Assembly (NCBI GenBank): GCA_050730875.1
Contig: JBOHNX010000001.1
Span: 13,827 to 77,826, forward strand
Source: Candidatus Saccharimonadales bacterium
Lineage (GTDB): Bacteria; Patescibacteriota; Saccharimonadia; Saccharimonadales; EFPC-124
DNA length: 64,000 nucleotides
Direction of reading: 5' to 3'
The notes under the pieces are model-generated. The model ran no database searches. It saw only the letters and a program-made list of their open reading frames with translations, and was not told the origin of the DNA. Below, piece after piece: positions 49,353-58,252 of this stretch. Position 1 is the stretch's first letter, and every line of letters begins with the position of its first letter. The position numbers and the translations under genes were made by a program.

Positions 49353-49403
49353 ATGATTTTTCCGTCGTTAAATATTAAGTGCTGCCAGGAGCGAAGCTCA
49401 TGA
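49353..49403 (+). CDS. Mini-ORF (MIFPSLNIKCCQERSS), ATGA-coupled to rpsU
   Basis: Translated by hand. The 3' 26 nt, TGCTGCCAGGAGCGAAGCTCATGATT, are identical to the junction at 37376-37401 on the minus strand. The TGA overlaps the rpsU ATG. Confidence 0.35.
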   Translation: MIFPSLNIKCCQERSS

Positions 49404-49615
49404 TTCAAGTTACCCGTAAAGACGAGAAAGAAGCAGTCGAGAACCTGATTCGCCGCTTTAACCGCAAGGTGCAGCAATCTGGCGTTCTTTCGCGCGTAAA
49501 GAGCCTGCAATATTTCGAGAAGCCAATCAGCAAGCGCGAGCGTCGTGAACGTGCGATTGTTCGCCGTGCCCGCAAAGCAGATAAACTCAAGCGAATTCGT
49601 TTGGGTCAGCGCTAA
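49400..49615 (+). CDS. rpsU: 30S ribosomal protein S21
   Basis: Reads MIQVTRKDEKEAVENLIRRFNRKVQQSGVL...RRERAIVRRARK. AGGAG lies 8 nt upstream of the ATG at 49400. Confidence 0.9.
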   Translation: MIQVTRKDEKEAVENLIRRFNRKVQQSGVLSRVKSLQYFEKPISKRERRERAIVRRARKADKLKRIRLGQR

Positions 49616-50070
49616 TGCTGAAAGAAAAGCTCGACCAAGACATTAAAGCAGCACTTCTGGCTGGGAATAAACCCGAAGCCGAAGTGCTGCGTTCGCTTAA
49701 AAGCGCAATTTTATACGAAGAAGTTGCCCAAAAAGTCCGCGAGACCGGCTTAGATGATGCGGCTATCCAGAAGGTATTCGCACGCGAGGCAAAAAAGCGT
49801 ACCGAGAGCGCTGAAATGTATCAAAAAGCCAATGAAAATGAGCGCGCGCAAAAAGAGCTCGACGAAAAAGCAATTATCGAACGCTATTTGCCACAGCAAC
49901 TAAGCGACGAAGAACTCGGCAAAATTGTTGAAACTGCCATTGGTGCTGCCGGCCCAAATGCGCAACTTGGCCAGGTAATCGGCATGGTGAAAGCTCAAGT
50001 CGGCCAGAGCGCTGACGGTGCGCGTATTGCCGCTGTTGTTAAAGCCAAACTCGAGGGCAAGGAAGGGTAA
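49615..50070 (+). CDS. GatB/YqeY-domain protein
   Basis: 151-aa ORF containing LKEKLDQDIKAALLAGNK...LRSLKSAI. The start overlaps the rpsU stop by 1 nt. Confidence 0.8.
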   Translation: MLKEKLDQDIKAALLAGNKPEAEVLRSLKSAILYEEVAQKVRETGLDDAAIQKVFAREAKKRTESAEMYQKANENERAQKELDEKAIIERYLPQQLSDEELGKIVETAIGAAGPNAQLGQVIGMVKAQVGQSADGARIAAVVKAKLEGKEG

Positions 50071-50079
50071 GTCACTTCG

Positions 50080-50625
50080 GTGATTATCTTTTTTGGTCCA
50101 GCTGGCGCAGGTAAGAGTGTACAGGGGCAGATTTTAGCCGCGCGCCATGGTTGGCGATGGCTTTCGGCCGGTCAGCTGTTACGCGATACGCACGATCCCG
50201 AACTCCTCAAACGCATGTCGACTGGCGAATTAGTTAGCTCCGATGATGCCATTAAGGTGATGGCGGACGCAATCGAGCGATCGAAAGATATCACACATGT
50301 GATATTAGATGGCTTCCCGCGCGAGCTTGGCCAGGCGAAGTGGCTGGTTGAATCGAGCCAGGAGCATGGGCGATCAATCGAACTTGTTGTTGTGCTTGAA
50401 GTGCCAAAGAGTGAGTTACTTAAACGTTTACAGCTGCGTGGCCGCGTGGACGACACGCCAGAAGTTATCGAAGATCGCCTGCAAATTTATCGCAAAGAAA
50501 TTTACCCGATTCTTTCGTATCTTACCGAACAAAAAGTGCCGATTGTGCACATTGATGGTACTGGTAGTGTTGGTCAAGTACACGACCGTATTGCAACGGA
50601 GTTAGAAGCATGTTCACTCGCATAA
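50080..50625 (+). CDS. adk: Adenylate kinase (short, no LID insert)
   Basis: GTG start. Contains GPAGAGKSVQ, DGFPRELGQA and RGRVDDTPEVIEDRLQIY. Confidence 0.8.
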   Translation: MIIFFGPAGAGKSVQGQILAARHGWRWLSAGQLLRDTHDPELLKRMSTGELVSSDDAIKVMADAIERSKDITHVILDGFPRELGQAKWLVESSQEHGRSIELVVVLEVPKSELLKRLQLRGRVDDTPEVIEDRLQIYRKEIYPILSYLTEQKVPIVHIDGTGSVGQVHDRIATELEACSLA

Positions 50626-51359
50626 AAAAACCACAAGAAATCGAGGCCATGCGCGAAAGCGGGCAAATGCTCGCCAGTGTGCTTAAGAAAGTCGAACAAA
50701 CCGTTCAGCCAGGCATGAGCGGCAAAGAAATTGCGGCAATGGCTGCACAGGAGCTCAAGGCGCTTGGTGGCAAGGCTGCATTTCTTGGTTATCACGGCTA
50801 CCCTGACGTTATTTGCATTTCGGTCAATGACGAGATTGTGCATGGTATACCAAACGCGAATCCATTTGCTGAAGGTGATATTCTTAGCTTCGACTTCGGT
50901 GTCGTATATAAAGGTATGATTACTGATAGCGCGTTTAGTATGTGCTTGGGCGAGCCAAGTACTGAGCAAAAACGCTTGCTAAGTGCGACCGAACGTTCGC
51001 TGTATGCTGGTATCAACCAGCTAAAAGATGGCGTGCGCATTGGCGATATCGCAAACGCAATCCAGCGCGTGCTTGATCAAGAAAAACTCGGCATCATCCG
51101 CGAACTAGTTGGTCATGGCGTGGGGCATCAGTTGCACGAAGACCCGAACATCCCAAATTATGGCACAGCCGGTACTGGTCCGATTTTGAAGGCCGGGATG
51201 ACTATCGCAATCGAACCAATGGCCTCGCTAAGCGGCTACCATGTCCGTATTGATGACGACGGTTGGACAGTGCGTACCTCTGACGGATCGCTGTCGGCGC
51301 ACTTCGAACACACGATCTTAGTCACCCAAGATGGCTATGAGATACTTACTGCTTGGTAG
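50610..51359 (+). CDS. map: Type I methionine aminopeptidase
   Basis: Metal-ligand context is recognisable: FDFGVVYKGMITDSAF, HGVGHQLHE, IEP and EHT. Confidence 0.92.
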   Translation: MFTRIKKPQEIEAMRESGQMLASVLKKVEQTVQPGMSGKEIAAMAAQELKALGGKAAFLGYHGYPDVICISVNDEIVHGIPNANPFAEGDILSFDFGVVYKGMITDSAFSMCLGEPSTEQKRLLSATERSLYAGINQLKDGVRIGDIANAIQRVLDQEKLGIIRELVGHGVGHQLHEDPNIPNYGTAGTGPILKAGMTIAIEPMASLSGYHVRIDDDGWTVRTSDGSLSAHFEHTILVTQDGYEILTAW

Positions 51360-51382
51360 TTTAGAACATAACCGCTATACTA

Positions 51383-52648
51383 ATGATCATGCAAGAACCT
51401 ATGCGAATCGCCGTGGGGCTTGATATCGGTACCACGACAGTTCGTTGCGTCGTCGGCCACTTAGACGGAACAAGCCCGAGCGCCACCATCGTTGGTGTGG
51501 GCAGTGCTCCTAATGGTGGTATGCGAAAAGGCATGGTGGTGAATATTGTTAACACCGCCCAAGCAATCGACCGCGCGTTAGACGAAGCCGAACGTATGTC
51601 GGGCCACCAAATCGAAGCAGCAACTGTTAATATTAACGGTGCTCATATTATGGCAATGAGCTCTAAAGGGGTCGTTGCCGTTAATTCGCCGAACCACGAA
51701 ATAGCTGAAGATGATTTAGCACGTGCCGAAGAAGCAGCAACTGTTGTGCAGCTGCCGGCAAACCGAGAAATTTTACAGGTAACACCGCGAAACTACAAGC
51801 TTGATGACCAAGACAATATTAAAGACCCACTTGGCATGAGCGGGATCCGCTTGGAGGTTGACGCACATGTTATTACCGCGCTTGGCCCACACGTAAAAAA
51901 TTTGCTCAAGAGTGTCGAAATGACGCACACTGTCGTAAAAAAGTTGCTTGTTTCCGGACTAGCCGCAGCTAAGGCAGTACTCACGCCACAGCAGATGGAA
52001 AATGGTGTCGCACTTGTCGATATTGGTGGTACAACAACTAGCGTCGTTGTATTTGAAGAAGGCGATTTGCAGCATGTCGCGGTGCTTCCAATGGGTAGTG
52101 TGAACATAACGAATGATTTAGCAATTGGCCTGCGTACTGATTTGGATGTTGCCGAGGCGATTAAGCTCAAGCACGCCAGTGCAGTAAGTGGTGGTAAGGA
52201 CGCGCCAAAGACTATTGAATACACGCACGCCAAAGAAAAGTTAGAGTTCAACACAAAAGATATCGAAATGGTGGTAAGCGCCCGACTCGATGAGATATTT
52301 GAACTTGTAGACAAAGAGCTGCACAGCATCGATAAGTCTGGGCGCCTGCCAGGCGGTGTTGTATTAACGGGCGGCGGCGCAAACCTGCAAGGCCTTAGTG
52401 AGTATGCAAAAGAGAAGTTGCGCCTGCCGGTGCGGCTTGCACAATTTGGCGGTTTCAGCGGCATGAGCGATAAAGCCGCGAAGCCGGAATTTGCGACAGC
52501 ACTTGGTTTGATGCTAGCCGACTTTGAAAATCCGGTTGCAAACCTGCAAGGCCACAAGCAAAAAGGCAAAACACTCCAAGCGGGTAGCGAGCAGGTAAAT
52601 AAATGGTTCAAGTCGGCTACCGATCTGTTTAGGAAGTTTAAGCCGTAG
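51383..52648 (+). CDS. ftsA: Cell division protein FtsA
   Basis: Actin-fold motifs are present: GLDIGTTTVRCVVG, VDIGGTTT and LTGGGANLQGL. Confidence 0.9.
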   Translation: MIMQEPMRIAVGLDIGTTTVRCVVGHLDGTSPSATIVGVGSAPNGGMRKGMVVNIVNTAQAIDRALDEAERMSGHQIEAATVNINGAHIMAMSSKGVVAVNSPNHEIAEDDLARAEEAATVVQLPANREILQVTPRNYKLDDQDNIKDPLGMSGIRLEVDAHVITALGPHVKNLLKSVEMTHTVVKKLLVSGLAAAKAVLTPQQMENGVALVDIGGTTTSVVVFEEGDLQHVAVLPMGSVNITNDLAIGLRTDLDVAEAIKLKHASAVSGGKDAPKTIEYTHAKEKLEFNTKDIEMVVSARLDEIFELVDKELHSIDKSGRLPGGVVLTGGGANLQGLSEYAKEKLRLPVRLAQFGGFSGMSDKAAKPEFATALGLMLADFENPVANLQGHKQKGKTLQAGSEQVNKWFKSATDLFRKFKP

Positions 52649-52738
52649 ATAAAAATTGTGTTCAGTGTAAAATACACGGCAGAACTGCGAACAAGCATTT
52701 GGTGCAGGGCCGTGGCCAGTGTATACTAAATGTGAACA

Positions 52739-53971
52739 ATGGGGGACAGGGACATGCCTGAAGTTAAACCAGCTGATATTCAAACATTCGCAACTATAAA
52801 GGTAGTTGGCGTTGGTGGTGCCGGTGGCGCTGCAGTAAACCGCATGGAAGAAGCGGGACTGCGCGGTGTCGAATTTATTGCCATTAATACAGACGCGCAG
52901 GCATTGCACAACTCGAAAGCTGACGTAAAAATCCACATTGGCCGCGAGACGACTCGTGGGCTTGGCGCTGGCGCCGACCCTGAGGTCGGAGAAAAAGCCG
53001 CACAAGAATCGCGCGAAGAAATTAAAAAGGCTATGCAAGGTGCCGATTTGGTCTTTATCACCATTGGTGCAGGTGGTGGTACTGGTAGCGGTGCCGGCCA
53101 TGTTGTAGCTGAAGTCGCTCGCGAGTTAGACGTTCTTACGGTTGGTGTTGCCACCAAACCATTTAGCTTCGAAGGCGAAAAGCGCCGCCAAAATGCCGAC
53201 TGGGCAATTACAAAGCTTGGCCGCCAGGTAGACACACTTATTACTATCCCTAACGATCGTCTGCTACAGACAATTGACCGCCGCACCCCTCTGCTTGAAA
53301 CTTTCAAGATTGCTGACGATGTACTGCGCCAGGGTGTACAAGGCATTTCAGAGCTAATTACCGAGCACGGCCTTATTAACCTCGACTTTGCAGACGTTAA
53401 AACAGTCATGCAGAATGCCGGCTCTGCCTTAATGGGTATTGGCCGCGCCAGTGGCGAGAACCGTGCCGTGCTTGCCGCACAACAAGCTATCGAATCACCA
53501 CTGCTTGAGGTATCGATCGACGGCGCTAAAGGTGTGCTGTTTAACATCACCGGTGGCTACGACATGTCGATGCACGAAATTAACGAAGCGGCTGAGGTTA
53601 TTACTAATGCGGTGGCCCCTGACGCCAACATTATCTTTGGTGCAACGCTCAAACCCGATCTTGAAGACGAACTGATTATTACGGTTATCGCAACCGGCTT
53701 TGATTCTGCCTACTTCCACGAACGTGCAGGTGAACTCGAGAGCTCTGCAGTAGGCGTACCTGCGCAAGCTGAGGTTGTTGGTTCGGCTGCCGTTAGCTCC
53801 GCGGCTGTCAAAGATGAAGACATGAACAAGATCGACATGGATCTTGATAAAAAACAAGAAGAATCGGACTTTGCCAAAGACGAAGAGCCAAAAAATATTT
53901 GGCATTACGATGACGAAGCTGACACTCCTGCATTCCTCCGCCGACGCAAAAAGAGCGAAGACGAAGCATAA
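52739..53971 (+). CDS. ftsZ: Cell division protein FtsZ
   Basis: Contains [13 protein letters not shown] and the tubulin signature GGGTGSGAG. The C-terminal tail ends [11 protein letters not shown]. An alternative ATG lies at 52754. Confidence 0.95.
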   Translation: MGDRDMPEVKPADIQTFATIKVVGVGGAGGAAVNRMEEAGLRGVEFIAINTDAQALHNSKADVKIHIGRETTRGLGAGADPEVGEKAAQESREEIKKAMQGADLVFITIGAGGGTGSGAGHVVAEVARELDVLTVGVATKPFSFEGEKRRQNADWAITKLGRQVDTLITIPNDRLLQTIDRRTPLLETFKIADDVLRQGVQGISELITEHGLINLDFADVKTVMQNAGSALMGIGRASGENRAVLAAQQAIESPLLEVSIDGAKGVLFNITGGYDMSMHEINEAAEVITNAVAPDANIIFGATLKPDLEDELIITVIATGFDSAYFHERAGELESSAVGVPAQAEVVGSAAVSSAAVKDEDMNKIDMDLDKKQEESDFAKDEEPKNIWHYDDEADTPAFLRRRKKSEDEA

Positions 53972-54004
53972 ACAGATTAGTTAGGTAATAAACGAAAGTT
54001 TACT

Positions 54005-54053
54005 ACGCTACATGTTGTATCAATTACGCTTTTCAAACAACTACATATAGCGT
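54005..54053. promoter_or_regulatory. Tandem NrdR-box-like sites upstream of nrdR-nrdJ
   Basis: ACGCTACATGTTGTAT (54005-20) and CAACTACATATAGCGT (54038-53) each match 12/16 positions of the recalled consensus. Their starts are 33 bp apart. Confidence 0.5.
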
Positions 54054-54130
54054 TATGCTTATAGCTAGCTACACTGCATCCAGGCAGTCGTAGAGCTCTA
54101 AACTTAAGAGAGTTTCAGGTAAAAATATCG

Positions 54131-54595
54131 ATGAAGTGCCCAAACTGCCAGCACTGTGAAAGTAAGGTTATCGAATCGCGAGATGTAGCGAGCGGCGAAA
54201 GTATTCGGCGTCGACGTGAATGCTTAAACTGCCACCATCGCTACACCACCTACGAACGCCTCGAACGTCCTGCAATCACAGTAGTCAAAAAAGACGGTTC
54301 ACGTCAGCTTTATGACCGAGACAAGCTAGTCGACGGTTTACAAAAGGCCTGCGAAAAAACCAGTGTTACTAGCGAGCAGTTTGACGAATTGGTTAGCCGA
54401 GTCGAAAAAGCCATCTATAACCAAGCCGACAGCGAGATTTCTTCTCGCAACATTGGAAACATCGTTATGGATGCACTGGCCGATACAAACCAGGTTGCCT
54501 ACGTACGCTTTGCTAGTGTCTATCGCAACTTCACGGACATCGAAAGCTTCGAACGAGAGCTCGAACGCATTAAAAGCCGTCTGAAACGTTCTTAA
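54131..54595 (+). CDS. nrdR: Transcriptional repressor NrdR
   Basis: Reads MKCPNCQHCESKVIESRDVASGESIRRRRECLNCHHRYTTYE, followed by an ATP-cone (VVKKDGSRQLYDRDKLVDGL). Confidence 0.9.
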   Translation: MKCPNCQHCESKVIESRDVASGESIRRRRECLNCHHRYTTYERLERPAITVVKKDGSRQLYDRDKLVDGLQKACEKTSVTSEQFDELVSRVEKAIYNQADSEISSRNIGNIVMDALADTNQVAYVRFASVYRNFTDIESFERELERIKSRLKRS

Positions 54596-54772
54596 TACCT
54601 AAATAAACATAAGCCGCTTGCAAGCATCAGAACTTGGTGGTACAACAGAGGGTAGCAAGTGCTGGTGAGGCAGAGGTGACTCACACAGGCGGCAAACAAA
54701 AAATCAAAACAACTTTATAAGGGGATCTCTAGCGAAAACTACTTTCTGCTAGAGCAAGGAGGGGATAAGGTC

Positions 54773-57535
54773 ATGGCGGATAGAACTGCCACATTGGCGC
54801 TCGGGCGTCATTTTACTGAAGAGGGGGTGCATCCCTACGAGATGCTCAAATGGGTCGAGCGCGACTCGAGCATTGTTAACCCGGGGACGGGCAAAACAGT
54901 TTTCGAACAAAAACAAGTTGAGTTTCCAGACACGTGGTCGCTCAACGCAATCAACATCGTCGCCCAGAAATACTTTTATGGTACGCCTGGCACAAAAGAG
55001 CGCGAACGTTCACTCCGCCAATTGATCGACCGCGTTGCCGACACGGTTACAAAATATGGCTACGAACAAGGCTACTTTGTTGACGAAGCCGAGGCAGATG
55101 TATTTAATGAAGAGCTCAAATACATCCTGGTCACCCAACGCGCGAGTTTTAACTCGCCGGTATGGTTTAACATTGGTGCGCCTGACCGCGCGCAGCAGGC
55201 AAGTGCGTGTTTCATCCTGAAGGTTGAAGACACCATGCCATCAATCCTTAACTGGTACCGCGAAGAAGGACTCATCTTTAAGGGCGGTTCTGGTGCTGGC
55301 CTTAACCTCAGCGCTATTCGTTCATCGTACGAACCGTTGAGTAGCAGTGGTGGCGTTGCTTCTGGCCCCGTTAGCTTCATGCGCGGCGCCGACTCGGTTG
55401 CTGGTGCAATTAAGAGTGGCGGTAAGACGCGCCGTGCTGCCAAGATGGTCATTTTGAACGTTGACCACCCAGATGTTGAAGAATTTATTTGGTGTAAGGC
55501 TAACGAAGAAAAGAAGGCTCACGCCCTGCAAGACCTCGGTTTCGATATGGGCTTGAATGGCAAAGACTCTATTAGTATTCAGTACCAAAACGCTAACAAC
55601 TCGGTCCGTGTGAACGATGACTTCATGCGTGCTGTAGAAAACGACGAAGACTGGGATCTGGTTGGTGTTAAGACCAAAAAAGTCTACAAAACGGTAAAAG
55701 CTCGCGAACTTTGGCGCCAAGTTGCCCAAGCCGCATGGGAGTGTGCTGACCCAGGTATTCAGTACGACACCACCATTAACGACTGGCACACCACGCCAAA
55801 AGCTGGCCGCATTAACGGTAGTAACCCATGTTCGGAATACATGCACCTTGATGACTCGGCATGTAACCTTGCCAGCCTCAACCTCCTGAAATTCCTCAAC
55901 GATGACGGTACCTTCGACATTCCTTCGTACAAACACACGGTAGAAGTTGTGTTCTTGGCACAAGAAATCTTAGTTGGTTACAGCGAATACCCAACCGAAA
56001 AGATCGACAAAAATGCCCGCGCTTACCGCGAACTTGGTATGGGTTACGCTAACCTCGGCGCACTGTTGATGGCAGAAGGTTTGCCATACGACAGCGACGA
56101 AGGTCGTGCTATGGCCGCTGCGGTAACCGCCTTGATGACTGGTCACGCATACGCTACCAGCGCCAAAATTGCCAAGCGAGTCGGTCCATTTGCTGGCTAC
56201 ACCAAGGACAAAGAGGGCATGAACCGCGTGCTGCGCAAACACCGCGATGCTGTACGCGACATCGACGCAAGCCTAGTGAGCGAAGAACTTCTCAGCGCTG
56301 CTGCCAGTGCTTGGGACGAAGCTGTCGAGCTTGGCGAACGCTACGGCGTACGTAATTCGCAAGCGTCAGTGCTTGCCCCAACTGGAACCATTGGCTTCAT
56401 GATGGATTGTGACACCACTGGTATCGAGCCCGACTTCAGCCTTACTAAATTCAAGAATTTGGTGGGCGGCGGCTCAATGGTTATTGTCAACCAAACCGTG
56501 CCGCGTGCACTTAAAAACCTAGGCTACAGCAAGCGGCAAGCTGAAGACATTGTTGACTACATTCACGAAAACAGTTCGGTTGTTGGTGCACCACACCTCA
56601 AGCCTGAACACCTCGATGTGTTTGCCTGTGCGGTAGGTGAGAATTCTATTCACTACCTTGGCCATGTTAAGATGATGGGCGCTGTGCAGCCATTCATTTC
56701 TGGCGCAATTAGCAAAACTGTAAACATGCCAGAAGAAGCTACGGTTGAAGAAGTCGAGCAACTCCACATGGATGCTTGGAAGCTTGACATCAAAGCCATC
56801 GCAATTTACCGCGACAACTGTAAAGCATGGCAGCCACTTAGCAACAAGAAGGATAAGAAAAAGGGAGAAGAAGCGCCTGCGGCTGCACCACAGGTTGTGG
56901 TTAAAGCCGGCGCCGTGCGACGCGAATTGCCACGTACTCGCAATGGCAAGACATTCGAATTCCACATTGCCGACCTAAAAGGCTTTGTAACCGTTGGCGA
57001 GTACGAAGATGGCACGCCAGGTGAATTGTTTGTACGCGTTGCCAAGCAGGGTTCAACCCTTGGTGGTTTGATGGACGCATTTGCTATTAGCGTTAGCCAT
57101 GGCTTGCAATACGGCGTGCCGCTTAAGAGCTACGTCAAGACGCTCAGTAACATGAGCTTTGCGCCTCACGGTATGACCGACGATCCAGAAATCAAAACAG
57201 CAAGTAGTGTGATTGATTACATCTCACGTCGCTTGGCTCGTGATTACCTGAGCATCGACGATCGACTCGAACTGGGTCTCGTTACTTTCGAGGAATTTGA
57301 GGCAGAAACTGCCGAGAACCAAGCTAGCCTATTGCCGGAGATCAAAGAAGAACCAGTGCAAGAAAGCCCAAAAGTTGAGGCAAAAACAGAAAGCGTCGAA
57401 CAACCAAAGCCAGTTGCTAAAAAAGATCTAAGCGACAGCAGCGCACCGCTCTGTACGGTCTGTGGCGGCCAAACAGTCCGCTCTGGCAGCTGTTACGCCT
57501 GCCGCGCTTGCGGCGCAACCACTGGTTGTAGTTAA
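54773..57535 (+). CDS. nrdJ: Class II (adenosylcobalamin-dependent) ribonucleotide reductase
   Basis: 920-aa single-chain RNR. Contains NPCSEY with the active-site Cys and the C-terminal Cys cluster CTVCGG...CYACRACG. Confidence 0.85.
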   Translation: MADRTATLALGRHFTEEGVHPYEMLKWVERDSSIVNPGTGKTVFEQKQVEFPDTWSLNAINIVAQKYFYGTPGTKERERSLRQLIDRVADTVTKYGYEQGYFVDEAEADVFNEELKYILVTQRASFNSPVWFNIGAPDRAQQASACFILKVEDTMPSILNWYREEGLIFKGGSGAGLNLSAIRSSYEPLSSSGGVASGPVSFMRGADSVAGAIKSGGKTRRAAKMVILNVDHPDVEEFIWCKANEEKKAHALQDLGFDMGLNGKDSISIQYQNANNSVRVNDDFMRAVENDEDWDLVGVKTKKVYKTVKARELWRQVAQAAWECADPGIQYDTTINDWHTTPKAGRINGSNPCSEYMHLDDSACNLASLNLLKFLNDDGTFDIPSYKHTVEVVFLAQEILVGYSEYPTEKIDKNARAYRELGMGYANLGALLMAEGLPYDSDEGRAMAAAVTALMTGHAYATSAKIAKRVGPFAGYTKDKEGMNRVLRKHRDAVRDIDASLVSEELLSAAASAWDEAVELGERYGVRNSQASVLAPTGTIGFMMDCDTTGIEPDFSLTKFKNLVGGGSMVIVNQTVPRALKNLGYSKRQAEDIVDYIHENSSVVGAPHLKPEHLDVFACAVGENSIHYLGHVKMMGAVQPFISGAISKTVNMPEEATVEEVEQLHMDAWKLDIKAIAIYRDNCKAWQPLSNKKDKKKGEEAPAAAPQVVVKAGAVRRELPRTRNGKTFEFHIADLKGFVTVGEYEDGTPGELFVRVAKQGSTLGGLMDAFAISVSHGLQYGVPLKSYVKTLSNMSFAPHGMTDDPEIKTASSVIDYISRRLARDYLSIDDRLELGLVTFEEFEAETAENQASLLPEIKEEPVQESPKVEAKTESVEQPKPVAKKDLSDSSAPLCTVCGGQTVRSGSCYACRACGATTGCS

Positions 57536-57540
57536 AGACA

Positions 57541-57570
57541 AAGAGAGGGGCCAAAGTGCCTCTCTCTTTC
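57541..57570 (+). terminator. nrdJ terminator-like hairpin
   Basis: AAGAGAGGGG-CCAAAGTG-CCTCTCTCTT, 10 bp with one G.U pair. The T-run is weak. Confidence 0.45.
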
Positions 57571-57710
57571 TATATAGACTAGTTGGCTATGGCACTGGTT
57601 CGGGTGTGATCGATTCTGTTTTCTGGCACGCTACGAAAAACATTGAGTTCCACCGGTGACATTAGTCAGAATATCGCTTAGTTGCTTTTGCGATATGCTA
57701 TGCTGAAACT

Positions 57711-57983
57711 ATGAAAACGGTTTTGCTTTACCGGCCCAATTCCGAACACGAGCGAGTAGTGCTAGATTATTTGCGCGATTTCGAGCGCGTAACTGGTAAA
57801 CAATTACCGACTATGGATGTGGATTCGCGCGAGGGGATAGAAAAAGTCCAGCTGTACGACATTATGCAATACCCGGCAATTTTGGCCACCGACAATGAAG
57901 GCCACGTGCAGCAATTATGGCAGGGCGAGCCGCTCCCACGCATTGGCGAGGTCAGTTACTACGTTGAAGACAAGCGCACTTGA
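57711..57983 (+). CDS. Small thioredoxin/glutaredoxin-fold-like protein lacking CxxC
   Basis: 90-aa ORF. It begins with a beta-alpha-beta-like MKTVLLYRPNSEHERVVLDYL, with PNSE where redoxins carry CxxC. Fold assignment is tentative. Confidence 0.4.
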   Translation: MKTVLLYRPNSEHERVVLDYLRDFERVTGKQLPTMDVDSREGIEKVQLYDIMQYPAILATDNEGHVQQLWQGEPLPRIGEVSYYVEDKRT

Positions 57984-57995
57984 GCCAAGCTAGGC

Positions 57996-58024
57996 TTGCA
58001 TTTTAAGGGGTAAATCGCTACACT
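57996..58024 (+). promoter_or_regulatory. ileS-leader promoter
   Basis: TTGCAT, 17-nt spacer, TACACT. Confidence 0.5.
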
Positions 58025-58030
58025 CTAAGT

Positions 58031-58252
58031 ACTGCGTTTTGGTGTAAATTACATCAAATGAGTGGCTATCACCCACGAAGGCAGCGGGAAGAAAGTGGTT
58101 TAACGAGTAGAACCCGCCGGTCCACGACCCGTTATCGATCGTAAAGAAGTGCTTTTGAGATCACTCAAAAGAAGTTGGATGGTACCGCCTTTCAGGGTTC
58201 CAACACCATCTCTTCTAGAGTGATTTTTCTATATAAATAATTGAGGTGGAGT
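58031..58252 (+). promoter_or_regulatory. T-box leader (Ile)
   Basis: The T-box core AGAAGTTGGATGGTACCGCC (58170-89) has a UGGU bulge complementary to the A73-CCA end of tRNA-Ile. The candidate specifier ATC-A sits in the loop GTGG-CTATCAC-CCAC. Stem III is CTTTTGAG/CTCAAAAG. Confidence 0.7.

Noticed and set aside
54596-54772. Cobalamin riboswitch upstream of the B12-dependent nrdJ.
   Set aside because: There is no B12-box-like GCCACTG core and no typical GGTG...CC junction motifs. I see only a 7-bp hairpin (CTCTAGC/GCTAGAG) before the SD.
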